A stretch of DNA of 64,000 nt from positions 23,064,001 to 23,128,000 of the forward strand of contig OZ024756.1 in NCBI GenBank assembly GCA_964016885.1. Reading direction: 5' to 3'. Shown here in pieces: positions 1 through 12,866 of the stretch. Origin of the DNA: Eledone cirrhosa. Taxonomy: Eukaryota. Both the position numbers and the translations under genes were made by a program. Under the pieces are notes generated by a model. It had not been told where the DNA came from and searched no databases. It saw nothing but the letters and a program-made list of their open reading frames with translations. Positions within the stretch are counted from its first letter, which is position 1. Each line of letters starts with the position of its first letter.

Positions 1-140
1 TTCGATATAACCTACCTTCTACTCGCGCCAAATTGCTGGATTTGTGCATAAACTAGAAATCATTACGGGGTCGATAAAATAAAGTACCAGTAATGCACTG
101 GGTAATTGCTGGCCTTGTGCCTAAAGTAGAAACAATTATT
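1..140 (+). mobile_element. 3' fragments of tRNA-derived SINE family 1
   Basis: Contains GGGGTCGATAAAATAAAGTACCAGTAATGCACTGGGTAATTGCTGGCCTTGTGCCTAAAGTAGAAACAATTATT, shared with more than 15 copies in the window. Confidence 0.85.
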
Positions 141-639
141 TATTGGTTGTTTGAGGTTGATTTGTTTGTTTTTTTTTACGTTTCTTTATTTGCGTATAAT
201 AATATAAGTTGGCGATTTTTAACTGCGTGTATCAAGTTTAAAATACATTCACAGTAGGGTCAACACAAAGGGTTGACGACCGTAATATATTACCTCAAAC
301 ACAACACCATGGTGAGTATGACGTATTCGGTGAGTATGAAGGCCTTAAAACATTTGTCCTTTTAAATGTGTGTTTTGGTTGTTGTTGTTTTGTTTTTTTT
401 CTTTTTAGTTTTATACTTATATATTTAACTGTTCGTTGCAATGTAATTTTAGTCCATTATAGATGAACATGAACTTTTTACATTGCAGTGAGTTCTACTT
501 GCCTCACAAGCTAATATACATTATAACATTTAATGTGCTATGGATCTGGGAATATCATATTACTATCTCCATCGCCGCCATCAAGTTCTTCGTTATCCTT
601 TTCAATCCAAATAAACTTCGTCACCAATGCAATCATAAT

Positions 640-1165
640 TATAAATATCATTATTATTATTAGTAGTAGTAGTAGTAGTAGTAGTAGTTACTATTGTTAT
701 TATTATTATTATTAAGATTATTATTATTATCATTATCACAACCTTAGTAATTGTCACCTTTATCAACACCACCATCATCCATTTTCACAGCTTTAGCATC
801 ATTTTGATCGTAATCCTTTTTGATGACCCGTAATGTCACATCTATAATCCTTTTCATCCTAATCACTATCAATCATCACCATCAAGCATCATCATCACCA
901 TCATCATCATCGCCATCATCATAGCCATCATTTCCTCCATATCAATAACAAATTTTCCACACATCACCACCACCAGAACCATCACAAGAATCATCAACTT
1001 TATTAACAATATCACCACCACCATCATCTTTACTGCCATCACCATCACAATCACCACCATCTTTAATACCAACATCACCACCTCCATCATCGCCTTCATC
1101 ATTATTATAAACACCCCCACCACCATCGCCATCACCTTTATTATCAATATCACCATTACAATCTT
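640..1165. repeat. (ATT)n/(TAG)n and degenerate (CAT/CAC)n microsatellites
   Basis: Trinucleotide runs seen directly. Confidence 0.9.
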
Positions 1166-1259
1166 CGTAATAAACCTCTTTGTTTGTAGGGGTTTTGATA
1201 TTGTAGTTGGTGTTGAGTTTGCTGTGCTGGATATAAGGTAAGTAATGCAATTTGTTGGT

Positions 1260-1715
1260 TTGCCTGTCGATCCAAGTAGCTTTCTGTGTCTTGATCTACG
1301 CTTTCATCCGAATAGTATCTCGCTCCCATGAGCTACCTATTGATCCAAGTATAGTTTATTTGTCTTGATCTATGTTTTGATCCGACTATTATTTCTTTGT
1401 TGGTGGATTGGCAGTATCGGTAGAGAGTCGGACACCATGCTTTGCAGCATAGAGTTACACCCCTTTATGGTCTGAGTTCAAATCCCGCCGAGGTTAACTT
1501 TGCCTTTCATCCTTATAAGGTCGATAAAATAAAGCACCAGTAATGCGCAGGGATAATTGCTGGCCTTGTGTCAAAAATAGAAACAATTATTTCTCTGTCA
1601 TGATCTACCTATTGAGCCGAGTATAGTTTCTGTGTCTTCATCTATGCTTTGATCCGAGTATCATTTCTCTATCATGAGCTACCTATTGATCCGATTATAG
1701 TTTCTGCGTCATGAT
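1260..1715. repeat. Degenerate ~37-bp minisatellite interrupted by a SINE
   Basis: CTACCTATTGATCC(A/G)AGTATAGTTTCTGTGTC-like units recur on both sides of the SINE. Confidence 0.65.
1401..1592 (+). mobile_element. tRNA-derived SINE family 1, near full length
   Basis: A-box-like TGGCAGTATCGG, B-box GAGTTCAAATCC, conserved body GTTAACTTTGCCTTTCATCC..GTCGATAAAAT, ATT tail; probable TSD ATTATTTCT(T/C)TGT at 1388-1400 and 1586-1598. Confidence 0.9.
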
Positions 1716-2374
1716 GTGTGTGTGTGAGTGTGTGTGAGTGTGTGTGAGCGTGTTGGTTGATTGGTTTCTTTGATTATTTTATTTGTTTTGATCTGTGTAT
1801 CTTTCTATGTTTATTTTTTCTTCTTTAATCTACCTTTAAATTTGTGCATTTTTGTTGATCCACATTTTGCTGTGGTGGATTTTTTATCTTCATCTGAGCA
1901 TATGTTGATTAATGCAAACACTTCATCATTCGATCGTCGTTCCAGCAATGTCCATACTGCCTTTGATTCTTGTACATTCATTTTAGGTGAGGAGGTCCCA
2001 ACATATTTTGGGACAGGGGTTACCCCCAGCCAATTGATTTTAAGAAAGATATTTATTCAAGTTTTATAAAACAAACAGCTAGTTTGACTAGAGTTTGGTT
2101 GATAACAGGTCCAGATGAAGAGTTTTAGATATACCTTCTTGTTATTGCTATTGTTTAGCTACCGACCCACCCACCATTCAGCCCTAATTGAGAAGTCACA
2201 ATAAATTACATTCCTAAAATGATCCTTAATCTCAATTCCAGATATAGGATAATGTAGTTCAACATGTAAGATGTAGCCTTTCTTTATAAAGATGGTTACC
2301 TGTGATGTGAAAATAGATTTCGTAGTTGTTACTTGCATGTGGAATAACTGCATAGAAGTTCACTCATTGCATCT

Positions 2375-2690
2375 TTTCAATGTATCCTTCCAGTGTGTTC
2401 TTTCTTCGTATTATCTCAATGTATCCTTCACGTGTATCCTTCCAGTGTATCCTTCCCGTATGTCCTTCCAGTTTGTTTTTTCTTCGTAACATCATATCAA
2501 TGTGTCCTTCCAATGAATCCTTCCAGTGTGTCCTTCCAGCTTATTACTTCTGTGTATCCTTTCTTTGTAACCTTTCACTATAACCTTCCAGTGTATTCTT
2601 CCACTATAACCTTCCAGTGTATCCTTTCCGTATATCCTCTCACTGTTTCCTTTCCTTCCAGTGAATCCGTCCAGTGTATCATTTCTTTGT
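2375..2690. repeat. Degenerate CCTTCCAGTGTAT minisatellite
   Basis: Motif recurs many times between two diverged ~60-bp direct repeats at 2287-2350 and 2690-2750. Confidence 0.7.
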
Positions 2691-2974
2691 AAAGATGGTT
2701 ACGTGCTATGTGAGGTAGATCGCGTAGCTATTCCTTGCATGTGAACTGACTCCAGTCTCCATAGCAGCTCAATCTCTGTCAGATTGATAAGTCGGTGCAG
2801 CCTGTATCGTTCAGGAAGCTCAGCAATAGATGAAGCTTCCCGGTGAACGTTATGAAATCAAAATAACAACGTGATGTAAATTAGAATAATCATGGCGGAA
2901 TTTAGGAAATTGTGCAATGGCGACTGTCAGGCGGAAATGAATATTTCTTGAGAACGTAATTGACAGGTGGAACT

Positions 2975-3310
2975 GCTGGTGGTGGTGGTGTTTGTGGTGC
3001 TGGTGGTGGTGCTGTTTGTGGTGCTGGTGGTGGTGCTTCTGTCGGTGGTGGTGCTGGTGGTGTTGCTGTCGGTGGTGCTGGTGGTGGTGCTTCTGTCGGT
3101 GGTGGTGCTGGTGGTGTTGCTGTCGGTGGTGCTGGTTCTGTCAGTGATGCTACTGGTGGTGGTGGTGGTGGTGCTCCTGTTTGTGATGGTGCTGCTGTCG
3201 GTGATGGTGCTGCTGGTGGTGGTGCTGCTGTCGATGATGTTACTGCTGGTGGTGGTGCTGCTGGTGGTGGTGCTGCTGTCGATGATGTTACTGCTGGTGG
3301 TGGTGCTGCT
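2975..3310. repeat. GGT/GCT trinucleotide-based minisatellite
   Basis: Repeated GCTGTCGGTGGTG(G/C)TGCTGGTGGT units. Confidence 0.85.
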
Positions 3311-3419
3311 GAGTGTGTAGAAAGGCGCATGCGCGTAATGTGTGTGTGTGTGTATAAGAGCCCATGCGTAAATGTGTGTGTATAAGGGCGCATGCGTGTA
3401 TGTGTATAAGGGTGCATGT

Positions 3420-4404
3420 GTGTGTTTGTAGTTGTGTGGGTATGTCTCTTTTATGTGTGTGTATATATGTGATTGAGTTAAAATGTGTGTGTGTGCGCGT
3501 GTGTATGTATGTGTGTATGTATGTGTGTATGTGTGCGCGTAGTTGTGTGGGTATGTCTCTTTTATGTGTCTGTGTATAAATGTGATTGAGTTAAAATGTG
3601 TGTGTGTGCGTGTGTGCGTGTGTGTATGTATGTGTGTATGTATGTGTGTGTATGTGTGTTTGTAGTTGTGTGGGTATGTCTCTTTTATGTGTGTGTATAT
3701 ATGTGATTGAGTTAAAATGTGTGTGTGTGCGCGTGTGTATGTATGTGTGTATGTATGTGTGTATGTGTGCGCGTAGTTGTGTGGGTATGTCTCTTTTATG
3801 TGTCTGTGTATAAATGTGATTGAGTTAAAATGTGTGTGTGTGCGTGTGTGCGTGTGTGTATGTATGTGTGTATGTATGTGTGTGTATGTGTGTTTGTAGT
3901 TGTGTGGGTATGTCTCTTTTATGTGTCTCTGTATAAATGTGATTGAGTTAAATGTGTGTGTGTATGTGTGTATGAGTATGTGTGAATGTGTGCGTGTTTT
4001 CGTGTGTGTATGTATGTGTGTATGTATGTGTGTGTATGTGTGTTTGTAGTTGTGTGGGTATGTCTCTTTTATGTGTCTGTATAAATGTGATTGAGTTAAA
4101 ATGTGTGTGTGTGTGTATGAGTATGTGTGCATGTATGAGTATGTGTATGTGTGTATGAGTAGATGTGCATGTATGAGTGTGTGCGTGTGTGTGTATGTGT
4201 GTGCGTAGTTGTGTGGGTATGTCTCTTTTATGTGTCTGCATAAATCTGCTTGAGTTGAAATGTGTGTGCGTGTGTGCGTGTATGAGTGTGTGTATGTGTG
4301 TATGTGTGTGCGTAGTTGTGTGGGTATGTCTCTTTTATGTGTCTGCATAAATGTGCTTGAGTTGAAGTAGGTGTGTGTGCGTGTGTGTGTGTGTGCGTGT
4401 ATGA

Positions 4405-4437
<33 letters not shown>

Positions 4438-4660
4438 CATGTGTGTGTGTGTGCATGTGTATGTGTGTATGTGTGTGTGTGTAGTTGTCTGGGTATGTCT
4501 CTTTTATGTGTCTGTACAAATGTGATTGAGTTGAAATGTGTGTGTGCGTGTATGTGTGTGTGTGTGTGCGTGTGTATGTGTGTGCGTGTGTATGAGCGTG
4601 TATGCGTGTGTATGAGTGTGTGCGTGTATGCGTGTGCATGTATACGTGTGCGTGTGTCGG
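3420..4660. repeat. ~115-bp minisatellite: a fixed ~55-bp core spaced by (TG/TATG)n
   Basis: Core GTAGTTGTGTGGGTATGTCTCTTTTATGTGT..GATTGAGTTAAAATG occurs about 9 times. Confidence 0.9.
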
Positions 4661-4998
4661 TGTCTGCGTTGTAGGTGCAGGTTGACCCATAATTGATGTA
4701 ACAGTTAAAATGCTATACGTAAATATATACGAATTCAAATATCTACATATTCAAATATTTGTTTTTTGTGTACTGTGTGAGGTATGGTGTACATGTGTGT
4801 GTGTGGCTGTGTGCGTGTGTATGTGTGTAGCTGTGTGTCTGTGTGCGTGTGTGTGGCTTTCATACTTGCTTCGATGCTACAGAAATCCCATCAGCTGTCG
4901 ACATCTAGAAATTCGGATAAGTTACTCGGTATAAATGCATGAGGTACTGTCTTCTTTGTTTATCTACAAACGCTAACATGCTATCTTAAAAAAAAAAT

Positions 4999-5100
4999 TT
5001 GAAAACACCGGTTCTCATCCGATCACCGAAGTTAAGCAACGTTAAGCCTACTTAGTATTTAGATGGGTGACCGTTTGGGAAACCAAGGTGTTGTAAGCAT
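4999..5100 (+). rRNA. 5S_rRNA: 5S rRNA-derived copy, 5'-truncated and diverged (probable pseudogene)
   Basis: TTGAAAACACCGGTTCTCATCCGATCACCGAAGTTAAGCAACG..TTAGTATTTAGATGGGTGACCGTTTGGGAAACCAAGGTGTTGTAAGC matches invertebrate 5S from about nt 19 to the end; T-run at 5114-5127. Confidence 0.88.
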
Positions 5101-5604
5101 CCCTAATTATTATTTTTTTTTTTTTTTCCCTTCGTTTTTAACAACATTCTTCAATTACATCTAACTCTTATTTATCATATCTATATGAATTAATATAAAT
5201 TTAGCAATATAAATATACCTATCAATTAAATTAATTTATTTTCTTTTTATAGATGTAAATTCCTTATGTTTTAAATAAGATTGATATTTTTCACTAACAC
5301 ATTTATCGTAAAATGTTATTCTCCTTAGATTTTAACATTAGCATTATTCTTTTATAACATCAAATTTTCGTGTACCTTTCACCAGCTTGACCTATTTTCA
5401 ATCCCAAAGTAATCTTTTCATTCAAAATTCTCTTTCCATTCAAAACTGAAGTCTGCTTTCCTCTACCCCTAAATTAAATTTCTATTACTACTATTCTATC
5501 ATCTTGACCACTTACTACCTTTCTATTGGTCAATTCAAAACCTGTTCCCAAACAGACCTATTATATTAAATCTTTGTTGGGTTTTTTTTTTTTAATAAAC
5601 AAAT

Positions 5605-5741
5605 ATCATTATTTCTGAAGACAGCATATATATGTGTAGGTGTGTATATTCCCTCTGATAGTTTGTAAAAATTTTACATAGATCTATATGATATACATAC
5701 CAACACACACATATATATCCTAGAAACGATCGTAAAATGAT
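5605..5741 (+). ncRNA. Type I hammerhead-like motif with ~100-nt stem II (decayed)
   Basis: CTGAAGA at 5615-5621; GAAACGATC at 5723-5731; imperfect long stem II (CATATATATGTGT/ACACATATATATC); imperfect stem I ATCATT/AATGAT. Confidence 0.5.
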
Positions 5742-6012
5742 GAATTTTTTAATTTAAGGAACTGTTTCTTTGTTTTTATTCATTATTTTTATTAATTTAT
5801 CTTGACTCTGTTTTCCTGTGTTTTTCATCGAAAAAAATTTGAATACATCTTCTCTTTTCATGATATTTGGATTACATTGAGTTCTTCATACGGATTGGAC
5901 AGTACCGTATATTTTGGTAGATTTATCTACATATATATATAGTTCAATGAAATAACAAACAGATGTACGAATAGTCTTATTAGTTTCACGCTTTATATGG
6001 AAAGGGGGAAAA

Positions 6013-6046
6013 TTCGACATGTCGGGCTTTAGCTCTTCTTCGGGAG
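6013..6046 (-). ncRNA. Decayed minimal hammerhead (PLE pLTR-like)
   Basis: Minus strand reads CTC-CCGAAGA-AGAGCTAAAGCCC-GACATGTC-GAA; the core is mutated; similar to the motif at 40898-40931. Confidence 0.45.
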
Positions 6047-6084
6047 TACAAAATTAGAGACAGAACCACAAAGGTTAGATACTA

Positions 6085-6764
<680 letters not shown>

Positions 6765-6843
6765 GCAAATTAGGCTGCTCAGCCGTTAATTTTCATAAGG
6801 AAAGTATATACTTTCGAACGTTCAACTATCTGGCAGATGGGTA

Positions 6844-6888
6844 AACGGTGCTGATGATAGCTAACAAGCTTGAAACTAGTACATCGTT
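6844..6888 (+). ncRNA. Minimal type I hammerhead ribozyme
   Basis: Stem I AACGGTG/CATCGTT; CTGATGA; stem II AGCT-AACA-AGCT (closed by U.U); GAAA; palindromic stem III ACTAGT; GUA cleavage triplet, cut after 6881. Confidence 0.8.
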
Positions 6889-7044
6889 CCTGTGTCAGTG
6901 TTGAACAAAAAGGTGACGTGGTTGCCTTAACACCGTATGGCATAAATTCAGGCTGTTCAGTTTGTTTACAAACGAACAAAGCGACGTTAGCGCCGCTAAA
7001 CTGATACGTGCATATATGTATGTGTACCTGTATGCATATGTATA

Positions 7045-7084
<40 letters not shown>

Positions 7085-7321
7085 CATGCTACTGTACGTC
7101 TGTATACATATATGTATGTACGTATACATGCATACTTACATTTAAGTAAGTGCCATACTAAGAGTGAGAAATGAAATTTCGTTTTCATTTTGTTTTAATT
7201 TATCGTTTTCGGTATGCCTAACCGATTTAACTCACTCAATATGCAAATTAGGCTGCTCAGCCGTTAATTTTCATAAGGAAAGTATATACTTTCGAACGTT
7301 CAACTATCTGGCAGATGGGTA

Positions 7322-7366
7322 AACGGTGCTGATGATAGCTAACAAGCTTGAAACTAGTACATCGTT
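7322..7366 (+). ncRNA. Minimal type I hammerhead ribozyme (second tandem copy)
   Basis: Identical to 6844-6888 at an offset of 478 nt. Confidence 0.8.
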
Positions 7367-7522
7367 CCTGTGTCAGTGTTGAACAAAAAGGTGACGTGGT
7401 TGCCTTAACACCGTATGGCATAAATTCAGGCTGTTCAGTTTGTTTACAAACGAACAAAGCGACGTTAGCGCCGCTAAACTGATACGTGCATATATGTATG
7501 TGTACCTGTATGCATATGTATA

Positions 7523-7564
<42 letters not shown>

Positions 7565-7677
7565 CATGCTACTGTACGTCTGTATACATATATGTATGTA
7601 CGTATACATGCATACTTACATTTAAGTAAGTGCCATACTAAGAGTGAGAAATGAAATTTCGTTTTCATTTTGTTTTA

Positions 7678-7722
<45 letters not shown>

Positions 7723-7744
7723 TAAATATATATATAAATATATA

Positions 7745-7980
7745 TATAAGCCTCCTACAATCACGAATGACAATGGATTTGCGCCTAGAAAGTTCCCTTC
7801 CAAGGAACAAGCCTTAACAAAGTGTTTTATTTTTAGGAAGACCAGCATTCGCCCATGCACACCGATGTTGTCCAAAGGAAAAGGCAATGATTGGTACAGC
7901 TTGACACCAGTGATGTCGCAACTGCTCCTGAGATCGAACCCACAACCTCGTGATTGTGAGCCCAACGCTCTAACCACTAA
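7745..7980 (-). mobile_element. tRNA-derived SINE (CORE-type family, internally deleted)
   Basis: Minus-strand head TAGTGGTTAGAGCGTTGGGCTCACAATCACGAGGTTGTGGGTTCGATCTC; body homologous to 28660-28942. Confidence 0.75.
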
Positions 7981-8124
7981 GGAATCGACATCAACACCAT
8001 CAGGAACCTCAGGGAGATTCAGCTTGACAGTGTCAACACTGGACCTTTCAACTACTGTTGAATGCATTCGTCTGGTTTCCACGCAGTCTCCGTCGTCTCT
8101 GCAATTTTATAATCTTGATCGTCC

Positions 8125-8445
8125 TACCATCATCATCACCACCATCATCATGACCACTACTATCACCATCATCACGACCATCATCACCAACTTCACCATC
8201 ATCACCAACTTCACCATCACCATCACCATCACCATCACCACCATCATCACCATCACCACCACCACCACCATCATCAATCACCACCATCATCATCATCACC
8301 ACCACACCACCATCACCATCACCATCATCACCATCACCACCACCACCACCATCATCATCATCACCATCACCACCACATCATCACCATCACTATCACCACC
8401 ATCACTACCATCATCATCACCGCCATCATCATTATCATCACCACC
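8125..8445. repeat. (CAT/CAC)n microsatellite; related tract at 10237-10420
   Basis: Seen directly. Confidence 0.9.
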
Positions 8446-8521
8446 GTTAGTTAAACAATCACCAATAACTTCCAGAACTATTAGGAAATTATGTTTATCG
8501 CCGGATATTGATGAATATATT

Positions 8522-8585
<64 letters not shown>

Positions 8586-9545
8586 GTTTCTCTATAACTT
8601 TCACTCTGTCCGCCATCTTCATTTTATTATTAGTTTCTTCCCGCCGACAGTCCATTTTTTATAGTAACTGTGTGTGTGTGGTTTGTGTCCGCTTACATCA
8701 CATCTCATTTTATATTCAATTTCTCTCTCGCTTTCCCATCTCTCTCATCCTTCTCATTCTCTTTCTTTCTCCCGTCTTACTCTATTTCTTTCTTTCTCCC
8801 ATTTCTTTCTTTCTTTCTTTCTTCCATGTCACCCTCTCTACTTTTCTTTCTTTCTCCCATATCTGTCTTTCTTCCATCTCACTCTCTCTCTCATATATAT
8901 ATATATATATTTTTTTTTTTTTTCGCCCATCTGTCTTCCATCTCTCTCTCTCTCTTATATATATTTCTTTCTCCCATCTCACTCCCATGCTCTCTCTCTT
9001 TATCTATCTATATTTCCCTCTTGGGCAATACAATATCAGTCTGTTCTCTCATTCCTTTAATTTTCATAGACATAGAGTTATATTATGAAGTATCACTTAA
9101 ATCACTGCGCACTCTCAGCAATTATGTCCTTGGCTACCATTAACTAAGATCCAACAAGCTAGCTTCATGTCCGTCTAACTACTATATAGCACTCGACATG
9201 AATTTCAGCGTTCCACTTCATATTTCATCCCTGTAAGGCATTCAGAGATTATTATTCGCCTCCTTTCAAAGATACTAATTGTTTCTCACGGATATATATA
9301 TAGTTATGTGCTAATATGCACTAGAATGAAGAGCATTAGCCTTAATGATCCGAAACCGTAGTGCTTTACAAAGGTTGACTGAGGAAATGAGACTGTCCGT
9401 CTCCCCGTTGTTTTTTCCAGTGTATCTCCTATCTTGAAACTATTACGCACGCACACATAATAGAGAGAGAGAGAGAAAGAGAGAGAAAGAGAGAGAGAAA
9501 GAGAGAGAAAGAGAGAAAGAGCAAGAGAGAAAGAGAACGAGAGAA

Positions 9546-9623
<78 letters not shown>

Positions 9624-10477
9624 AGTGACTGATTAATTGCTTTCTACACTATTAGTCAATTTATACAACAATCATTCGTGAGATCAACAATTTCTATATG
9701 TTGAGTGACTAAATGAATAACTAACTGCCTTTAATTCAACAGCAGCTGATGTGGTGACTAGCCAGTTAAACATCTAGATTTCCCTTGATGTAAGTAGTAA
9801 TAAATATCTCATACAGACTTCCGCCTGTACCATGTAACCCAGGACAACCTGCTTCATGGTCGAGTGGTCGACGATAAAACCGGCTCCTCCACCAGACTCT
9901 GGACCGGTGAAGAGTATTAGTGGAAACTCCAGCGGCACAAAAAAAAAAGAAACAAGAGCTGAAAAAGGGGTGTGGATGAACTCTTCAGACTTAATGGCCA
10001 TCCACTCCAACTATGGATTAAATAGCCTTACCAACCCGAAACTGGCCAAGCACCAATGACAAACGCACTACCCGCTCCTAGAATCGAACATACGACCTCG
10101 TCGTTGTGAGCCCAACCCTCTGAACACTCTGGCAACACCATCAGGAATCTCAGGGAGATTCAGCTTGACATTGACAACATTGGATCTTTGAATAGAGTAG
10201 AATACATTCGTCTGGCTTCCACGCAGTTTCCGTCTCTACCACCACCACCACCACCACCACCACCACCACCATCATCATCACCATCACCACCATCACCATC
10301 ATCACCACCACCACCATCATCACCACCACCATCATCATCACCACCACTAACCCCACTATCACCACCATCCTCATCACCACTATCACCACTATCACCACCA
10401 TCATCATCACCACCATCACCGCCGTTAGTTAAACAATCACCAATAACTTCCAGAACTATTAGGAAATTATGTTTATC

Positions 10478-10527
10478 GCCGGATATTGATGAATATATTA
10501 ACTCTTTTGATTCCTCATAACGGCCGA
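10478..10527 (-). ncRNA. Decayed hammerhead in a pLTR-like repeat (family also at 29150-29270)
   Basis: Minus strand reads GCCG-TTATGAG..CAATATC-CGGC-GATAAA: stem I intact, core mutated; upstream GTGCTCATGCGCG..ATGCTATGAAA..TTATAAAAT is shared with the + strand near 29183-29225. Confidence 0.4.
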
Positions 10528-10675
10528 TAGCAACTTCCTTTTTCCACATTTAAAGGGTCTTCGCCCCATTTTATAAGCTTTTTCATAGCATCTCCGCGCA
10601 TGAGCACAACACTCTTTATCTTTTTAGCGCTTTGAGAAAGTCCGAGTGATCGGCTACATATATACGTTGTTTGTT

Positions 10676-10717
<42 letters not shown>

Positions 10718-10781
10718 GTAGTTTGGAGCCAGAACGCAGAAAGCCAGAAGAAATACCGCTAAGCACTTGATACAACGCTCT

Positions 10782-10970
10782 AATAATTGTTTCTACGTTA
10801 GGCACAAGGCCAGCAATTACCCAGTGTATTACTGGTACTTTATTTTATCGACCTCGTAAGGATGAAAGGCAAAGTTAACCTCGGCGCTCTAATAGTACCT
10901 TAAACTGGTACTTTTTTTATCGACCTTGGAAAGATGAAAGACAATGTTGACTTCAGCTAGATACGAATGC
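10782..10970 (-). mobile_element. SINE family 1 fragments
   Basis: Reverse complement of the family 1 tail and body. Confidence 0.8.
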
Positions 10971-10984
10971 ATACATACATGCTC

Positions 10985-11405
10985 CCGTAACTGCAATGGA
11001 GTCGGAGGGGCACCGCACTGACATACGGCGTTTCTTAAGGCATTTTAAGCCTGGCGGAGCCCATCCTTCTCATAAGTCAGAACACAGTAGAAAAGAAGGT
11101 GAGAGAGAGAAAGTGAGACAGAGATATAGAGGAAGAGAGAGACAGTGAGAAAGAGATATAGAGGAAGTGATAAAGTGAGAGAGAAAGCTAGAAAGATATA
11201 TAGAGGAAATGAGAAAGTGAGAGAGAGGAAGATAGAAAGAGATATAGAGAGAAAGAATTGATCCCAGTACTAGACTGGGTTTTTTTTTTTGTCGACCACG
11301 AAAGGTCGAAAGACACAGTTGACCTCGGTGGTATTTGAAATCAGAAAGCTGAAATGAATACCACAAAGTATTTTATCCGACGTTCTAACGACCAATTCGT
11401 TGCCT
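10985..11405 (-). mobile_element. SINE family 2 (family-1-like head, (TC)n, distinct tail)
   Basis: Same layout as 15542-15870 and 44184-44480. Confidence 0.6.
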
Positions 11406-11429
11406 GTAAATACGAATAAAGAACGAACG

Positions 11430-11712
11430 TTAATCTAATCTAATATGGCCGAGTTTACACTGGCAAATAAAAACCTAAGAGCATTGGATTTGGTGTACTT
11501 CATATTTGTTTCGGTTACTGAATACAATCAGGAGTCGCTGCTTTTCTTGAAGGTCAATAGTTCTCTTCTAACTCGAGAAGGAGCGCCTTTCCATTGTCAA
11601 TTTGCATTGATCATCTACAAAGCCACATTGTTCTCAGAACTACTACACCAGTCTTTCGATACGTGCAGCTGGAACTACTGCCACCCATTTATTTGGCAGG
11701 ATTTTTTTTTTT
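11430..11712 (-). mobile_element. RTE-derived non-autonomous retroelement, 3' part
   Basis: Clearly homologous to the reverse complement of 42160-42444; (ATTAG)n tail. Confidence 0.7.
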
Positions 11713-12813
11713 AAACGAACATGCTATGTTAACGTTCTTCCAATTCACCATTCTGTTAGTGTGAGTGTGTGAATGTTCCATCTCGATGTAGTGTAGGTTA
11801 TGTGTTTGTGTGTATGTCTGTATGTGTTTGTTTGTGCGTGTGTATGTGTGGGTGTCTGCGTGTAGGTGTATGTATGTTCGTGTGTGTATATTCGTGTTTG
11901 TGTGTATATGCATCTTTGCGTCATTCACCATTTTCTTTTTCAGTTTTGACCCTACCACTCATTCTTCTATCACCTATCTCTCTACCTATCTCTCCTTATC
12001 TCACCCTATCTCCCTCCCAATCCCTCCCCTTTCATGAAAATTTGCTTCATTGAAACGAAAATATTCTTGATTAAAATACTGAATGAAGCAGACGATAACA
12101 CAGAATGGAGATGAATCTGAACAATAACACCATTGCAGACGATCAAGCGAACCGGAAATGTAATACAATTAGATCAAATATTTTCATTAATTTTCAAATA
12201 TTTTTACCTTTAAATTCGATATCTGGTTCTTTTTTTATACCAAGTGATTTCCGATTTACAACAAACCCTACTCAATATTTTAGTATATACGAAAACAAAA
12301 AATAGAATAAAGACATTGTTCTCCTTCGTCTTCAAATTTACTTTTGCAAAATATGTTTGCCTCTTTGGAGACAGCTACGTCAATACAAGACGGCTGGATA
12401 CAAGAAATAAATAAATTGTTGCTCTCTCTCTCTCTCTCTCTATCACACATACTTTTGCTCTGTCTCTCTTCTCTTTATTTCTATTTTAGTCACTCATATC
12501 ACACTTCTTTTTTTTCCTATCTCCAGACAAACATCAAGACTCAGACATGTTTCATATCATGTCATATATCTATTAATGATATTTGTTTATATATATATTT
12601 TTCATTCATATATATTTTTATTTGTCTGACCCCAATTTTCTTGGTCGTATTTTTGGCTGTGCGAATGATTGTTTAAGCATCGTCTCAGTGTTTTGGTATT
12701 AAACGTTAGTTATAGCTCTGGTTTATCCGAACTATTGAGCACTTTGCCGCACATTTCGAAGATTGTGTTTCGTTATTTCGTGGGCCGAAGTTCCGATTCT
12801 CGATAATTTATTT

Positions 12814-12866
<53 letters not shown>

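Noticed and set aside
265-365. Possible decayed HHR (TTGACGA..AAAACATTTGTC)
   Set aside because: Both core motifs are mutated and no stem II is evident.
2902-3417. Pro/Thr-rich mucin- or extensin-like ORF
   Set aside because: A trinucleotide repeat open in several frames on both strands, with no convincing splice sites.
2927-4738. 603-aa minus-strand ORF with HIKETYPHNY repeats
   Set aside because: It is the translation of a (CA)-rich minisatellite that lacks stops by composition; the repeat core shifts between frames.
7865-9088. 407-aa ORF
   Set aside because: It runs through a SINE, (CAT)n and (CT)n tracts and contains no recognisable domain.
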